A stretch of DNA of 64,000 bases, from assembly GCA_963717145.1 (NCBI GenBank), contig OY970325.1, positions 2,336,001 to 2,400,000 on the forward strand, written 5' to 3'. Each line of letters begins with the position of its first letter. The stretch's first letter is position 1. The translations under genes were made by a program, and so were the position numbers. This DNA is from an uncultured Armatimonadetes bacterium (GTDB lineage: Bacteria > Armatimonadota > UBA5829 > DTJY01). The notes below the pieces were generated by a model. That model worked only from the letters and a program-made list of their open reading frames with translations. It ran no database searches and was not told the origin of the DNA. Below are positions 9,349-21,500 of the stretch, piece after piece.

Positions 9349-10303
9349 ATGACATCAGACACAGAATTCGAAGAACTGGTCGAGAGGCTGAAGAGCGAGG
9401 ATGTCGAGGTGAGCGCCCGGGCTGCTGGGTGCGCTCGGACAACTGGGCGATCCTCGTGCAGTGGAGCCACTCATAGAGGCTATGCAGCGGGAAGAAGGCT
9501 ACGATCGCGGATGGGCGATTACTGCGCTCGGATTGATTGGTGATCGACGTGCCACCAGCGTCCTGTTGAGGGAGCTGTACAGCGATGACACCGAGGTCAA
9601 TGACGCCGCGGCGGAGGCGCTCGGCTTGCTGAATGATCCGGACTCCTTCGAGCCGCTGATGCAGGCTATGACAAACGGTCCGGTGCATGCAAGGAGCAGT
9701 GCCGCGTATGTCCTGGGGGAACTGGGCGATCCCCGAGCCATCGATGCCCTGCGCTCGGGCTTGCGTGATGCGACAGGCTATGTCAGCATATGCGCGGCGA
9801 GAGCGCTCGCCAAGATCGGCGGGCATGCCACGATCGACGCACTGATCGATGCCCTGGAGCACGGCGTACCAAAGACCAAGGAGTCGGCGGCAAAGGGATT
9901 GGAGATCCTGAAGGCACAGAAGGCAGTGGACGCTCTTGTCATCGCGCTCCGGGACGAGCATCCCGACGTGCGGAAGGCTGCAGCATCGGCGCTAGCGGAG
10001 ATCGGCGACCTTACGGGCAACGCGGCACTCCTTGCTGCACTCGAACGCAGGGATGTTGCGGCAGTCCTCGGCGGATACGACTACTTCATCCGGCAGGGCA
10101 TTCCCGGCTCGGAGCCGCTCCTGATCGAGGCTCTCAATTGTGCCGGCCCGTGGGGCACTGGCTGGATGGCACAGTGCTTCATCTCCTCCGGCAATGAAGC
10201 CCTTGCCGAGGCTGGACGCCAGTACTTCCGAGAGAACAGCATCAGTAACGTGAAGAGCAACCGCGAGATACCGATTTGGGCAAGCGCACGCGGGCCAGCG
10301 TAG
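9349..10303 (+). CDS. HEAT-repeat (PBS-lyase-like) protein with a 1-nt frameshift near 9428
   Basis: Repeated AAxALGxLGDPRAxxxL; removing one G at 9427-9429 joins SARAAG to ALGQLGDPRAVEPL. Confidence 0.8.
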
Positions 10304-10441
10304 TCCAAGTGGCTGCGATCAACGCTTCCACGCCCAACACTCCACCACTCCCTCACTCCCCGATGTTTGCACCGGTGAGGGATCAGGATATGAATCTACG
10401 ATACGATGATTCCCCTGATTTCTCCGCCAAGGAGGCGCATT

Positions 10442-11960
10442 ATGTCCAAGAAGAAACTCACCACCAATGCCGGCGCACCGGTCGCCGACAACCAGAACAC
10501 CATGACCGCCGGGCCGCGAGGGCCGGTGCTGCTGCAGGATGTCTGGTTTCTCGAGAAACTCGCCCACTTCGACCGCGAAGTGATCCCCGAGCGACGCATG
10601 CACGCCAAGGGTTCCGGCGCGTACGGAACCTTCACCGTTACCCACGATATCACCCGCTACACCAAGGCCAAGATATTCTCCGAGGTCGGGAAGAAGACCG
10701 AGATGTTCACCCGCTTCTCGACCGTCGCCGGCGAGCGCGGCGCGGCCGACGCCGAGCGCGACATTCGGGGCTTCGCGATGAAGTTCTACACGGAGGAAGG
10801 CAACTGGGACCTGGTCGGCAACAACACGCCGGTGTTCTTCCTGCGCGACCCACTCAAGTTCCCGGACCTCAACCACGCCGTCAAGCGCGATCCGCGAACC
10901 AACATGCGCAGCGCGGGCAACAACTGGGACTTCTGGACGTCGCTGCCCGAGGCGCTGCACCAGGTCACCATCGTCATGAGCGACCGGGGCATACCGTACT
11001 CCTATCGCCACATGCACGGGTTCGGCAGCCACACCTTCAGCTTCATCAACGCCGCGAACGAGCGGTACTGGGTGAAGTTCCATTTGAGCACCCAGCAGGG
11101 GATTCGCAACCTGAGCGACCAGGAGGCCGAGGCGATCGTCGGCAAGGATCGGGAGAGCCATCAGCGCGACCTGCTGGAGAGCATCGACAAAGGGGACTTC
11201 CCACGCTGGACCATGTTCATCCAGATCATGCCGGAGCAGGATGCCGCCGACTACCATTTCCACCCGTTCGATCTCACCAAGGTCTGGCTGCACAAGGACT
11301 ACCCGCTGATCGAGGTGGGCGTGATGGAGCTGAACCGCAACCCGGAGAACTACTTCGCCGAGGTCGAGCAGTCGGCGTTCAACCCCGCCAATATCGTGCC
11401 GGGGATCGGCTTCTCGCCGGACAGGATGCTCCAGGGAAGGCTGTTCTCCTACGGCGACGCACAGCGCTACCGCCTGGGGGTGAATCATCACCTGATCCCC
11501 GTGAACGCGTCGCGCTGTCCGTTCCACAGCTACCATCGTGACGGCGCCATGCGGGTGGACGGCAACCACGGCGCAACCCTGGGCTACGAGCCGAACAGCT
11601 ACGGCGAGTGGCAGCAGCAGCCGGAGTTCGCCGAGCCGCCGCTCAAGCTGGAGGGAGACGGCCGATCACTGGAATTACCGCGAGGATGACGATGACTACT
11701 ACACCCAGCCGGGTCTGCTCTTCCGCCTGATGGGCGCCGAGAAGCAGGCGCTGCTCTTCGGCAACACCGCCCGGGCATTGGGCGACGCGACGGACGAGGT
11801 CAAGATCCGCCACATCGGCAACTGCCTCAAAGCCGATCCGGCCTACGGCAAGGGTGTGGCCGATGCCCTCGGCATCTCACTCGGCCCGCTCGCGGACGAG
11901 GCCAAGCGCCTCGACGCGATGTCCGAGGAGGAAGAGGACATCGAGTCGCCCACCCGGTGA
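10442..11960 (+). CDS. katA: Monofunctional heme catalase (small subunit) with a frameshift near 11657
   Basis: [38 protein letters not shown]-terminus DDYYTQPG...DPAYGKGVA lies in another frame. Confidence 0.92.
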
Positions 11961-11972
11961 GAAGCTATAATA

Positions 11973-12018
11973 TGGAGTGCGGAAGCGGAAGTTGTGCAGA
12001 CTCCGCTTCCGCACTCCA
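11973..12018. repeat. REP-like palindrome TGGAGTGCGGAAGCGGA...TCCGCTTCCGCACTCCA
   Basis: About 17-bp arms just downstream of the catalase stop. Confidence 0.7.
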
Positions 12019-12325
12019 CATGCAATGCCGTTCGGGAGGGAGCTGGACTCCCTTCCGCCGTACGCCCCGGGGCTTGTACTCCCGATCCCCACAGGCAGGA
12101 AACCGCCCCTATGCCAACCAACTCGACACGCGGTTCGCCATCCGCCCCACTCTGCACACCCCGCCGCTGCCCGCCCCGAATCCTCTCACCGCCTAATGGC
12201 CAGCCCATCAAGTGGGACGGAGAGTCCGAGTCGATGGGGATTCGGTAGTGACTTCCCGCGGACAATGATATAGAATGGGGAGAGAAACGGTGTCCGTCTT
12301 CCGTCCACTGCAAGGAAGGGAACCT

Positions 12326-13933
12326 ATGGCTTGCCAGAGAAGTAAAGAACAGATCTCGGAGATCATGCGCCAAGTCAAGTCCCGCGACACGTCACCCGAG
12401 GTCACGTTCCGCAAGGCTCTATGGGCCCGTGGAGTCAGGTATCGCCTGCACGATTCCGGATTGCCCGGCAAGCCGGACATAGTGATCCCGCGTGGACGGC
12501 TCGTAGTGTTCATCGACGGCGACTACTGGCACGGCAACCAATGGCAAACGCGCGGGCACACCTGTCTGGAAGATCAGTTCGTCCGCAGTCCGCGAGCCGT
12601 ATACTGGGTGAACAAGATATCCGGGAACATGCGAAGGGATCGAGAGAACACGGCCCGTCTGCTATCAGAGGGATGGCGCGCTCTACGTTTCTGGGAGACC
12701 GACATCGTGACAAGTCTGGACCGATGCGTTGAGATGACAATCAGCACCGTCTATGAGGATGCTCGATTCTCGCTTGCAAGCAAGCTGGCAGAGCGGAGTG
12801 TGGCTGAGTTCTTCGCCGGCATCGGGCTTATGAGGCGTGCGCTGGAGGGCAGGGGATGGAGGGTGACGTTCGCCAACGACATGGACCCACAGAAGTACGA
12901 AATGTATGGTGACAACTTCCCCGATGCTCAGGAGCACTTCAGTCTCGATGATGTCCACCAACTACCGGCTGACGAGGTGCCGGATGTGAGTCTCGCCACG
13001 GCATCGTTTCCCTGCAACGACTTGTCCTTGGCGGGCGGCATGAAGGGCTTGGCCGGCGAGCACTCCGGTGCTTTCTGGGGCTTCATACGGGTGCTCACGG
13101 ATATGGGCGATCGGCGGCCACCTCTGGTTCTGCTGGAGAATGTTGCGGGATGGCTGAGCTCCCACAAAGGCAAAGACTTCGCCGACTCCCTCCAGGCGTT
13201 GAACGATCTGGGCTATCTGTGCGACGCATTCATGCTCAATGCGTCGGACTTCGTTCCCCAGAGCCGCCCCAGAATGTTCGTCGTCGGTACGCATGAGTCC
13301 CTGCGCCATGCTCGAGTAAACGAGCTCTACCGCTGCTACGAGTCGAAGCTCAGGCCAAAGGCTCTATCCGACTTCATCGAATGTCACCCGGAGATCCGAT
13401 GGACGATCAGGAATCTCCCCACACCTCAGTCTCGCCACCCGCGTCTCGATGAGATCATCGAGGACCTACCGACCAGCAGCCCCGAATGGTGGAGTCGTAC
13501 TCGGGCTGAGTACTTTCTGAACCAGATGAGCGACAGGCACTCCATCATTGCCAAGAAGATGATTGATGGCAGCGAGTACACGTACGGCACGGCCTTTCGT
13601 CGGGTACGGAAGGGTAAGTCCATGGCCGAGCTGAGGATAGACGGAACTGCTGGATGCTTGCGCACTCCGCGGGGCGGCCACGGGCGACAGATTCTCTTCA
13701 AGGCCGGCAAAGGCGAGTACCATGTGCGGCTTCTGACACCAAGAGAGTGTGCGCGTCTGCAGGGGGTGGACGAGGGTTATGTCATTGATGTTCCGAGTAA
13801 TCAGGCTCTCTTTGGTTTCGGTGACGCTGTGTGTGTCCCCGTGGTCGAATGGATCGCCGATCACTACTTGAATCCTCTGGTGACTGCTGCAACGCATGGC
13901 GTTACCCTCTATCCTCAGGCAATGGAGATGTGA
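12326..13933 (+). CDS. Fusion of Vsr very-short-patch repair endonuclease (N) and C5-cytosine DNA methyltransferase (C)
   Basis: Vsr motifs: MRQVKSRDTSPE, LPGKPDI, FIDGDYWHG, NMRRDREN, LRFWE. MTase motifs: EFFAGIG, FPC, ENV, QSRPR, LTPRECARLQG, FGDAV. Confidence 0.9.
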   Translation: MACQRSKEQISEIMRQVKSRDTSPEVTFRKALWARGVRYRLHDSGLPGKPDIVIPRGRLVVFIDGDYWHGNQWQTRGHTCLEDQFVRSPRAVYWVNKISGNMRRDRENTARLLSEGWRALRFWETDIVTSLDRCVEMTISTVYEDARFSLASKLAERSVAEFFAGIGLMRRALEGRGWRVTFANDMDPQKYEMYGDNFPDAQEHFSLDDVHQLPADEVPDVSLATASFPCNDLSLAGGMKGLAGEHSGAFWGFIRVLTDMGDRRPPLVLLENVAGWLSSHKGKDFADSLQALNDLGYLCDAFMLNASDFVPQSRPRMFVVGTHESLRHARVNELYRCYESKLRPKALSDFIECHPEIRWTIRNLPTPQSRHPRLDEIIEDLPTSSPEWWSRTRAEYFLNQMSDRHSIIAKKMIDGSEYTYGTAFRRVRKGKSMAELRIDGTAGCLRTPRGGHGRQILFKAGKGEYHVRLLTPRECARLQGVDEGYVIDVPSNQALFGFGDAVCVPVVEWIADHYLNPLVTAATHGVTLYPQAMEM

Positions 13934-14878
13934 ATGGCTGATCAACAGGAAGTGGTCGCGCAAGCTGCAATGGCCGTTGTGCAGGAATGGTTTGAATCCT
14001 GCAGGCGCGGCAAAGAACCCTCACGCAATACGATTGCCGTTGGTATGACTGTCCTGGACTGGCTGCGCGAGACATGCCCGCTTCCGAAGGCGGAAACCCT
14101 CGCCGAAGGTGGGGAGTTCAGACGAGTACGCTCTGGTCTGTCAAGATTGTTTGCCAAGTACGGTATTCCCGCCAACTTCCTCAAGGAGGCAACCGGGCGT
14201 CAGGCGAGTCCTGATGCTCAGCGACTGCTGGACATGCTGGAGGAAGGTAGAATCTTTGCCCCACTGTCTCACAAGCAACGAGACGCGCTGCTGCTCAGTC
14301 TGTTGGCCGTTCTCATAGACGAGGCAAACAAATGGCTTGGACGTCAGAACCTCAAGGTATCATGCAGCAGGGAGTCTTCTCCTGGGGCATGGGTCGGCGA
14401 GATTCTCAGCGAGGCAAAGGGCAAGTCTGGGGGCAGGGTCGAGCAGCATCTCGTGGGTGCAAAGCTAGCTAAGGCCTACCCGGACGCCGATATTCCGGCG
14501 CTTCCTGGAGCCGCCGCAGATGTGCAGACTGGACGCGCGGGCGACTTCCAGGTGGAAACCACGGTATATCACGTGACCGCCGCGCCGGGTGACGCCGTAG
14601 TGCAGAAGTGCGAAGCCAATCTGCGGGCAGGTCTGCATCCCGTGCTTCTGGTGCCGGCGAAGCAGAAGCTGGTTGCAGACGGTATCGTCGACCGCCTGGA
14701 GTTAAGCAGCAGGATCTGGGTCATATCGATCGAGGATTTCCTCTCCGTGAACATCCTGGAGATGTCGCATGGCAGGCGTCAGGAGTTCATAACGACTCTG
14801 CGCAGCATTGTGGAGGAGTACAACCTCAGGATAGACGCCGCCGAGACCGACAAGTCGCTCAAGATCGAGATAGAGTGA
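13934..14878 (+). CDS. DUF4928-like protein, putative restriction endonuclease partner
   Basis: GRVEQHLVGAKL and AADVQTGRAGDF..YHVT motifs; starts immediately after the MTase stop. Confidence 0.6.
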   Translation: MADQQEVVAQAAMAVVQEWFESCRRGKEPSRNTIAVGMTVLDWLRETCPLPKAETLAEGGEFRRVRSGLSRLFAKYGIPANFLKEATGRQASPDAQRLLDMLEEGRIFAPLSHKQRDALLLSLLAVLIDEANKWLGRQNLKVSCSRESSPGAWVGEILSEAKGKSGGRVEQHLVGAKLAKAYPDADIPALPGAAADVQTGRAGDFQVETTVYHVTAAPGDAVVQKCEANLRAGLHPVLLVPAKQKLVADGIVDRLELSSRIWVISIEDFLSVNILEMSHGRRQEFITTLRSIVEEYNLRIDAAETDKSLKIEIE

Positions 14879-15044
14879 AGGAACGGGTAAGGTATACCGA
14901 ACAGACACTGTCTTCGCAGTACTATCGGATCGTGTACCTGGGTTTGATCACGCCTGCACGTCGGTCGAAGAGTCAGATCCGCCTCAGCAACTGCCTGAAC
15001 TTCGCCACACCGGTGAGCAGAGATGGCATCGCTGACCCCATGCC

Positions 15045-16163
15045 CTAGAGCGTCCCATCCAGCAGCCGTTTCTTCGCGTCCATGTAGTAGCAGAAGTTGT
15101 CCCAGGAGATGTCCGGCGGGACGGTGTGGTCGACCGTCGGGATGTAGCCGCCTTCCTCGATGAGCGGCAGAAGCTCGCGGAGGTGCGCGTCGATCGCCGC
15201 CGGTCCCTTCGCAATCTCGCGCTTATCGACCCCGCCCCAGAGCCGCAGGTCGCGCCCGTACTCCTTCCGCACGCGGATGGGGTCCATGCCCGACGCCCGC
15301 TCCAGCGGCCAGTGGACGTCGATCCCCGCGTCCATCATCGACGGGATCAGCGCGTCCGTCGTGCCGTCGCTGTCGAGGCAGACGTACCGCACGCCGTGCG
15401 ACTTGAGGAACTCGACCAGGCGCTTGAGCGGCTTTGCAATGAACTCCTTGAACGTCCCCGGCCCGATGAGCGGAGTGCCCTTCCCGGCGAAATCCTCGTT
15501 GAGGTTGAAGTAGTCTATGTCCGTCTCCGCCAGTATCGGCCGGGCGACCTCGATGGTGAAGTCGGCGTAGAACTCCATCATCTCGTGGCAGAGGATCGGG
15601 TCATCATACCACATGTAGGAGAGGTTCTCAGTGCCCACCCACTCGCGCGCCCTCCAATAGAACCCGGCGGCATTGCAGTTCCGGGCGAGGATGAGAACGT
15701 GCTCGCGGTTCTTCCATCGTTGAACATCAGCCTTCCAGTCCTGCGGATACCTGGCGTCCAGATGCGCCTCGAAGCGCTTCTGCATCTCGCGGAAGTCGGC
15801 GAGGTTCTTCACGGGGAAATCGAGGTACGTATCCATGCACATCCGGCCACCGCCGATACTGCCCTCGATGAGCCCCAGGCGCGTTCGACCCCTCTCGTCC
15901 ACGATCGTCTCGTACCGGTCGGTCCGCTCGATGAGCTTCGACTCATAGCAGGGGATCATGTCGAAGTTGACCGGGATGAACTCACGCCTGTCAAGGTTGA
16001 ACGGCCCCGGTCCCTGCCACCAGTCGAAGCGCCCGCCCTCGTGAGGCGCGCCCTCGGCGTCCCACCGCGCGATCGTCTGAGGCCAGATGCCGAGTTCATG
16101 GTTCGGCACCTTGTCCTTCGGCTGATACTCCATCACCGCCAAAAACCGTTCCCGCTCGTTCAT
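15045..16163 (-). CDS. Uroporphyrinogen decarboxylase (UROD/MtaA-like) family protein
   Basis: MNERERF start, NEDFAGKG.PLIGP, DSDG, LWGGVDK, GGYIPTVDH. Confidence 0.85.
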   Translation of the reverse strand: MNERERFLAVMEYQPKDKVPNHELGIWPQTIARWDAEGAPHEGGRFDWWQGPGPFNLDRREFIPVNFDMIPCYESKLIERTDRYETIVDERGRTRLGLIEGSIGGGRMCMDTYLDFPVKNLADFREMQKRFEAHLDARYPQDWKADVQRWKNREHVLILARNCNAAGFYWRAREWVGTENLSYMWYDDPILCHEMMEFYADFTIEVARPILAETDIDYFNLNEDFAGKGTPLIGPGTFKEFIAKPLKRLVEFLKSHGVRYVCLDSDGTTDALIPSMMDAGIDVHWPLERASGMDPIRVRKEYGRDLRLWGGVDKREIAKGPAAIDAHLRELLPLIEEGGYIPTVDHTVPPDISWDNFCYYMDAKKRLLDGTL

Positions 16164-16209
16164 TGTGTCCCCCTCGCACTTGCGTTGAACTGCCGAAATG
16201 CAACCCAAC

Positions 16210-16294
16210 GGGTGTCATTCTGAGCGCAGTGAAGAATCTGGCTACCAGGGATGCTCAAAGCGCCAGATTCTTCACTGCGCTCAGAATGACACCC
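16210..16294. repeat. REP-like palindrome TGTCATTCTGAGCG...GAAGAATCT with perfect 33-bp arms
   Basis: 16210-16242 is the exact reverse complement of 16262-16294; followed by an (ACTCCCAY)n array. Confidence 0.85.
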
Positions 16295-16389
16295 ACCTAC
16301 TCCCACACTCCCATACTCCCACACTCCCTGTTTGACCTCCTCAGAGGTCTTACCGATTTCTCGTCGAACAAGGACAGTGGAGGAAGCCC

Positions 16390-17268
16390 ATGTTCATAGA
16401 CATCCACACCCACGTTACCCTGCGGAAGACCGTGACCCGGCCCGACGGGAGCATCCATACCACCGCCGAGGAACTCATTGCCATGCTCGACGAGGCCGGG
16501 ATCGACAAAGCCGTCCTTCTCCCGCTCATCAGCCCCGAGCACATGGTCCATCAGATGACGACCGACGACATCCTCGATGTCACGACGAAGTATCCCGACC
16601 GGTTCATCCCTTTCTGCAACATCGACCCCCGGGCGCTGACGAACTCGCCCGCCGCCAACTTCACGCCGCTCCTGGAATACTACAAGTCTCAGGGCTGCAA
16701 GGGGATTGGGGAGATCACCGCCAACCTGCCGTGGGACGATCCACGGGTGGAGAACCTGTTCAAGCACGTCGAGAAGGCGGGCCTGCCGCTCATCTTCCAC
16801 ATCGCGCCTCGGTCCGGCGGGTGTTACGGACTCATCGACGACCTGCACCTCCCAAAGCTTGAGGGCGCGCTCCGGAAGTTCCCGAAGCTGAACTTCATCG
16901 GCCACTCGCAGCCCTGGTGGTCGGAGATCAGCGCGGACGTGACCGATGAGACGCGCAATGGATACCCCAAGGGGCCGGTGACGCCGGGCCGCGTGCCGGA
17001 GCTTCTGCGCAGATACCCGAACATGTACGGCGACATGTCGGCGGGCAGCGGGTTCAACGCCGTCAGCCGCGACCCGGAGTTCGGCTATGCGTTCATGGAG
17101 GAGTTCCAGGACAAGCTGCTCTTCGGGACGGACATCTGCCGTCCGGGCCAGGAGCTTCCTCAGCCCGACTTCTTGCGGCGGATAGTCGCAGAGGGCAAGA
17201 TCTCCCGCGCCGCCTACGAGAAGATCACCTGGCAGAACGCCAATAAGCTGCTGGGCTTGGGATTGTAG
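16390..17268 (+). CDS. Amidohydrolase_2-family metal-dependent hydrolase
   Basis: IDIHTH, KGIGE, LIFH, FIGH, LLFGTD, NANKLL. Confidence 0.9.
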   Translation: MFIDIHTHVTLRKTVTRPDGSIHTTAEELIAMLDEAGIDKAVLLPLISPEHMVHQMTTDDILDVTTKYPDRFIPFCNIDPRALTNSPAANFTPLLEYYKSQGCKGIGEITANLPWDDPRVENLFKHVEKAGLPLIFHIAPRSGGCYGLIDDLHLPKLEGALRKFPKLNFIGHSQPWWSEISADVTDETRNGYPKGPVTPGRVPELLRRYPNMYGDMSAGSGFNAVSRDPEFGYAFMEEFQDKLLFGTDICRPGQELPQPDFLRRIVAEGKISRAAYEKITWQNANKLLGLGL

Positions 17269-17282
17269 ACACGGAGGACGTT

Positions 17283-18352
17283 ATGACGCCCAAAGAACGC
17301 GTGAGGATGGCGGTCAACCATATCCAGCCCGACCGCTGCCCGATTCAGACCTACCTCGAGCCGGAGGTCCGCGCCGTCATCGAGGATTACTTCGGCGGAC
17401 GGCCGGCGGAGGACGTCTTCGAAGTCGATCTGCGCTACGTCGGGCCGGGCAGGTGGGCCAAGACGAAGCAGCCCGCGCCGGGAAGCGGCATCGAGCACTA
17501 TGACGAGTGGGGCACCGGGTTCGCCCGAGTGCGCAACAGTGCGGGCGGCGAGTACCTGGAGGCGGTCGAGAAGCCGATCGCCAACCTCTCGACCATGGAT
17601 GAGGTCGTGGCCTATCCCTGGCCGAGCCCGAATGACTTCGACTACTCGACCATCCCGGAGCAGATCGAGAAGGTGAAGGATTACGCCGTATGTGCCGCCG
17701 GGTGCTGGCTGCCCGACATCATCAACGGGACCTCCTTCATGCGCGGCATGGAGAAGGTCCTCATGGAGATCGCGCTCGAGGACGAGGTCGGCGTGGCGAT
17801 CATCGACCGCCGGGTGGACTATGCCTATGAGTTCTGCAGGCGCGTTCTGGAAGCGGCTGGCGGCAAGGCGGATATCCTCTGCCTCGGCGAGGATCTCGGC
17901 ACTCAGAAAGGCCCGGTGATCAGCCCCGCGTGCTTCGACTCCTTCTTCCGACCCCGCATCCAGCGGTTCATCGATCTGGCCCACGACCACGGCGCGTTCT
18001 GCATGCTCCACTCCTGCGGCTCGACCCGAATCCTCCAGCCCAAGCTGATCGAGATGGGCCTCGACATCCTCGACGCCGTTCAGCCCGAGCCGGTGGGGAT
18101 GGACCCGGAAGGGCTCAAGCGCGACTTCGGCGACAAGCTGACCTACTGCGGCATGATAAGCACCCAGGGACTCTCCCGAACGGCACGGTCGATGAGTGTC
18201 GGGCCGAGGCGCGCCATCGCCTCGATGTCGTCGGCAAGGGCGGCGGGTACATCTTCTCGCCGGCCCACTGCATCCAGCCCGACACGCCGCTGGAGAACAT
18301 CCTGGCGATATACGAAGAAGCAACCGGGAAGAGGCTGATACGTGATGAGTGA
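17283..18352 (+). CDS. UROD/MtaA-family protein with a frameshift near 18168
   Basis: MTPKERV, DEWG, MRGME, GEDLG, HSCG; C-terminus GGYIFSPAHCIQPDTPLENI lies in another frame. Confidence 0.85.
18291..18337 (+). repeat. 47-bp direct repeat, copy 1 (3' end of the UROD-family gene)
   Basis: 42/47 identical to 23961-24007. Confidence 0.9.
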
Positions 18353-18400
18353 TGAGATGAAGCGAGACGGACGCGGGTCTGCAGAGGGATTGCCGAAACC

Positions 18401-18429
18401 TTGACATTTCTTGGCAAATCGGTTATAAT
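18401..18429 (+). promoter_or_regulatory. Consensus sigma70 promoter
   Basis: TTGACA-17 nt-TATAAT upstream of the large surface-protein gene. Confidence 0.8.
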
Positions 18430-18551
18430 TCGGTCACAAGCTCATTGTAACACCAACCTGTCACCGCAGTAGTTGGGCGATGCAACGGGCTTTTTGTCTG
18501 TGATGACCACATGCGGGAATGGATGCCCACGTTTGATATGCCTACTGAGAG

Positions 18552-21500
18552 GTGATTACTGCTATGATTCACCGAATGGGACTACTCCTCACATCCATCA
18601 CTGTCTGTATCTTGCTCCTGTCGGCGATTCCGTGCCATGCCGGATTCCTCGACATCAGCGCCGGTCTGCCCGGTGCGCGGCATAGCAGCGTCGCGTGGGG
18701 CGACTACGACAACGACGGCGACCTGGACCTCGCACTCGCGGGAGATACCGGCGCAGGGTACATCTGCAGCATCTACGCCAGGAGCGGCGGCGCCTTCTCG
18801 TTGGCCATTTCGCTGACGGGGGTTACGGACAGCAGCCTTGCCTGGGGCGACTATGACAACGACGGGTACCTCGATCTCGCCGTCGCAGGGAACACCGGGA
18901 GCGGCTGTGTCTGCAAGGTCTACCGCAATATTCTCTCCGGATCGAGCAGGACGTTGTCCGAGGCGGCATCCCTGGCAGGAGTCTGCGACGGCAGCCTGGC
19001 CTGGGGCGACTACGACAACGACGGTGACCTCGACCTTTCCGTGGCAGGGAGCGGGACCGCCGCCGTGTACGAGTACGATAGCGGCGCCTTCACCAACATC
19101 AACGCCGACCTGCCCGGAGTCAGCCTTTGCAGCCTCGCGTGGGGCGACTACGACAACGACGGTGACCTCGATCTTGCCCTGGCAGGCAGCACCGGCACCG
19201 AGCGCATCAGCAGGATCTACCGGAACACCAACGGCACGTTCGCCGATATCAGCGCCGGCCTGACCGGGGTGGCCAACTGCAGCCTTGCGTGGGGCGACTA
19301 CGACAACGACGGATTCCTCGATCTCGCATTGGTGGGAGAGACCGTCGCCGGCAGCGCGGGCGTCTGCACAGTATACCGCAATGTCGCTGGCGGTTCAGAC
19401 AGGACGTTCTCTCCGATGGCCTCTCTGACCGCAGTGTACTACGCCAGCCTTGCCTGGGGCGACTACGACAACGACGGAGATCTCGATCTCGCCGTGTCAG
19501 GCCGCCGGGCCGGCACCGTCTCCCAGCTCACCTGCGTCTACCAGAACAGCGGCGGCTCGTTCAGCGCAGCCCACACCGTGACCGGGGTATGCTGGTGCAG
19601 CATCGCCTGGGGCGACTACGACAACGACGGAGATCTGGACCTGGCCACGGCAGGCTGGGGTTACGAAGGCTCATCTTGGCAGTATATGAGCCGCATCTAT
19701 CGCAACGACTCGGCCGTGCTCAACACCGTACCCTCAGCGCCGGCAGGCTTGTCGGCGACCGTCAACGCAGACGAACTGACCATGAGCTGGAGCGCGGCGA
19801 CCGACACCCAGACCCCTGCAGACGGCCTCTCCTACAACATCAGGGTCGGCACTACCCCGCTGGGCGGCAACATCTTCTCCGGCATGGCTTCGTCCCTTGG
19901 TCTGAGGAGGCTGCCGGCAACCGGCAATGCGCAGAAGAAGCTGACGTGGACAGTCAAGGGCCTGTCTGCCCCGCAAGTATACTGCAGCGTGCAGGCCGTT
20001 GACACCGCCTTCGCCGGATCTCCGTGGAGTAGCAGCGCCACGGCATATCAGTTGCCATGTTCGATCGCCGCCTGGGGAAGCAACACCTCCGGCCAGTGCA
20101 GCGTGCCGTCTCCGAACTCCAGGTTCGTGGCCGTTGCCGGGGGACACTCTCACAGCCTGGGACTCAAGTCAGACGGCTCGATCGCAGTCTGGGGAGGCGC
20201 CACCAACGTGCCATCTCCCAATTCCGGGTTCGTGGCCGTTTCCGCAGGAGTAGATTACAGCCTGGGACTCAAGTCAGACGGCTCGATCGTCGCCTGGGGA
20301 GTGAACAACTACGGCCAGTGCAACGTGCCATCTCCCAACTCCGGGTTCGTGGCCGTTGCCGCAGGATGGGGTCACGGCCTGGGGCTCAGGTCGGATGGCT
20401 CGATCGCAACCTGGGGAGACAACGAGGAGGGCCAGTGCAGCGTGCCGTCTCCGAACACCGGGTTCGTGGCCGTTGCCGCAGGATGGTATCACAGCCTGGG
20501 GCTGAGGTCGGACGGCTCGATTGTCGCCTGGGGACAAAACCTCTCCGGCGAGTGCAACGTTCCGTCTCCTAACTCCGGTTTCGTGGCTGTTGCCGCGGGA
20601 GGGTGGCACAGCCTGGGACTGAGGTCAAACAGTTCGATCGCCGCCTGGGGAAACAACTACTACGGCCAGTGCAGCGTGCCGTCTCCGAACACCGGTTTTG
20701 TGGGCGTTGATGGGGAATATGGGCACAGCCTGGGGCTGAGGTCGGACGGCTCGATCGCTGCCTGGGGATGGAACAACGTTGGCCAGTGCAATGTACCGTC
20801 ACCGAACGCCGGGTTCACGGCCGTTGCCGCGGGAGGGCAGCACTGCCTTGCGTTGGTCGAGCCCGGCGCCCTTCGTGTCACCATCCAGCCGTCGGAAGCA
20901 GCCGCCGCTGGCGCTCAGTGGCGGCGCTTGGGTACTAGTACCTGGTACAGCAGTGGAGATATGGAGAGTAGTATCCCCACCGGCGACTATACGGTGGAGT
21001 TCAAAGACATCGCCGGATGGGACAAGCCGACGAACACTCCCGTGAGTATTACCTACGGACAGACGACGCAAGCCGCCGTAACGTACATCCCGCATCCTGG
21101 CGCCCTCCAGGTAACCATCCAGCCCTCTGGGGCTGTCACGGCGGGCGCGCAGTGGCGGCGTGTGGGAACAAGTACATGGCTCGACAGTGGGGCCACAGAG
21201 AGCAGCATCACCGTCGGCGACTATACGGTCGAGTTCAAAGACGTCGCCGGATGGGACAAGCCTGCGAACACCCCCGTCAGCATCGTCTCAGATCAGACGG
21301 CGGAAGCCGGAGGAACGTACGTCCAGCGTCCCGGCGCGCTCCGGGTCACCATTCAGCCATCGGAAGCAGTCACCGCCGGCGCACAGTGGCGGCGCGTGGG
21401 AACGAGTACATGGCTCAACAGCGGGGCCACAGAGAGCAGCATCCCCGTCGGCAGCTATACTGTCGAATTCAAGGACGTCGGGGGATGGATCGAGCCTGCG

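Noticed and set aside
11640-11690. Programmed frameshift or true pseudogene in catalase
   Set aside because: No slippery heptamer seen; one of six similar indels, so a sequencing error is more parsimonious
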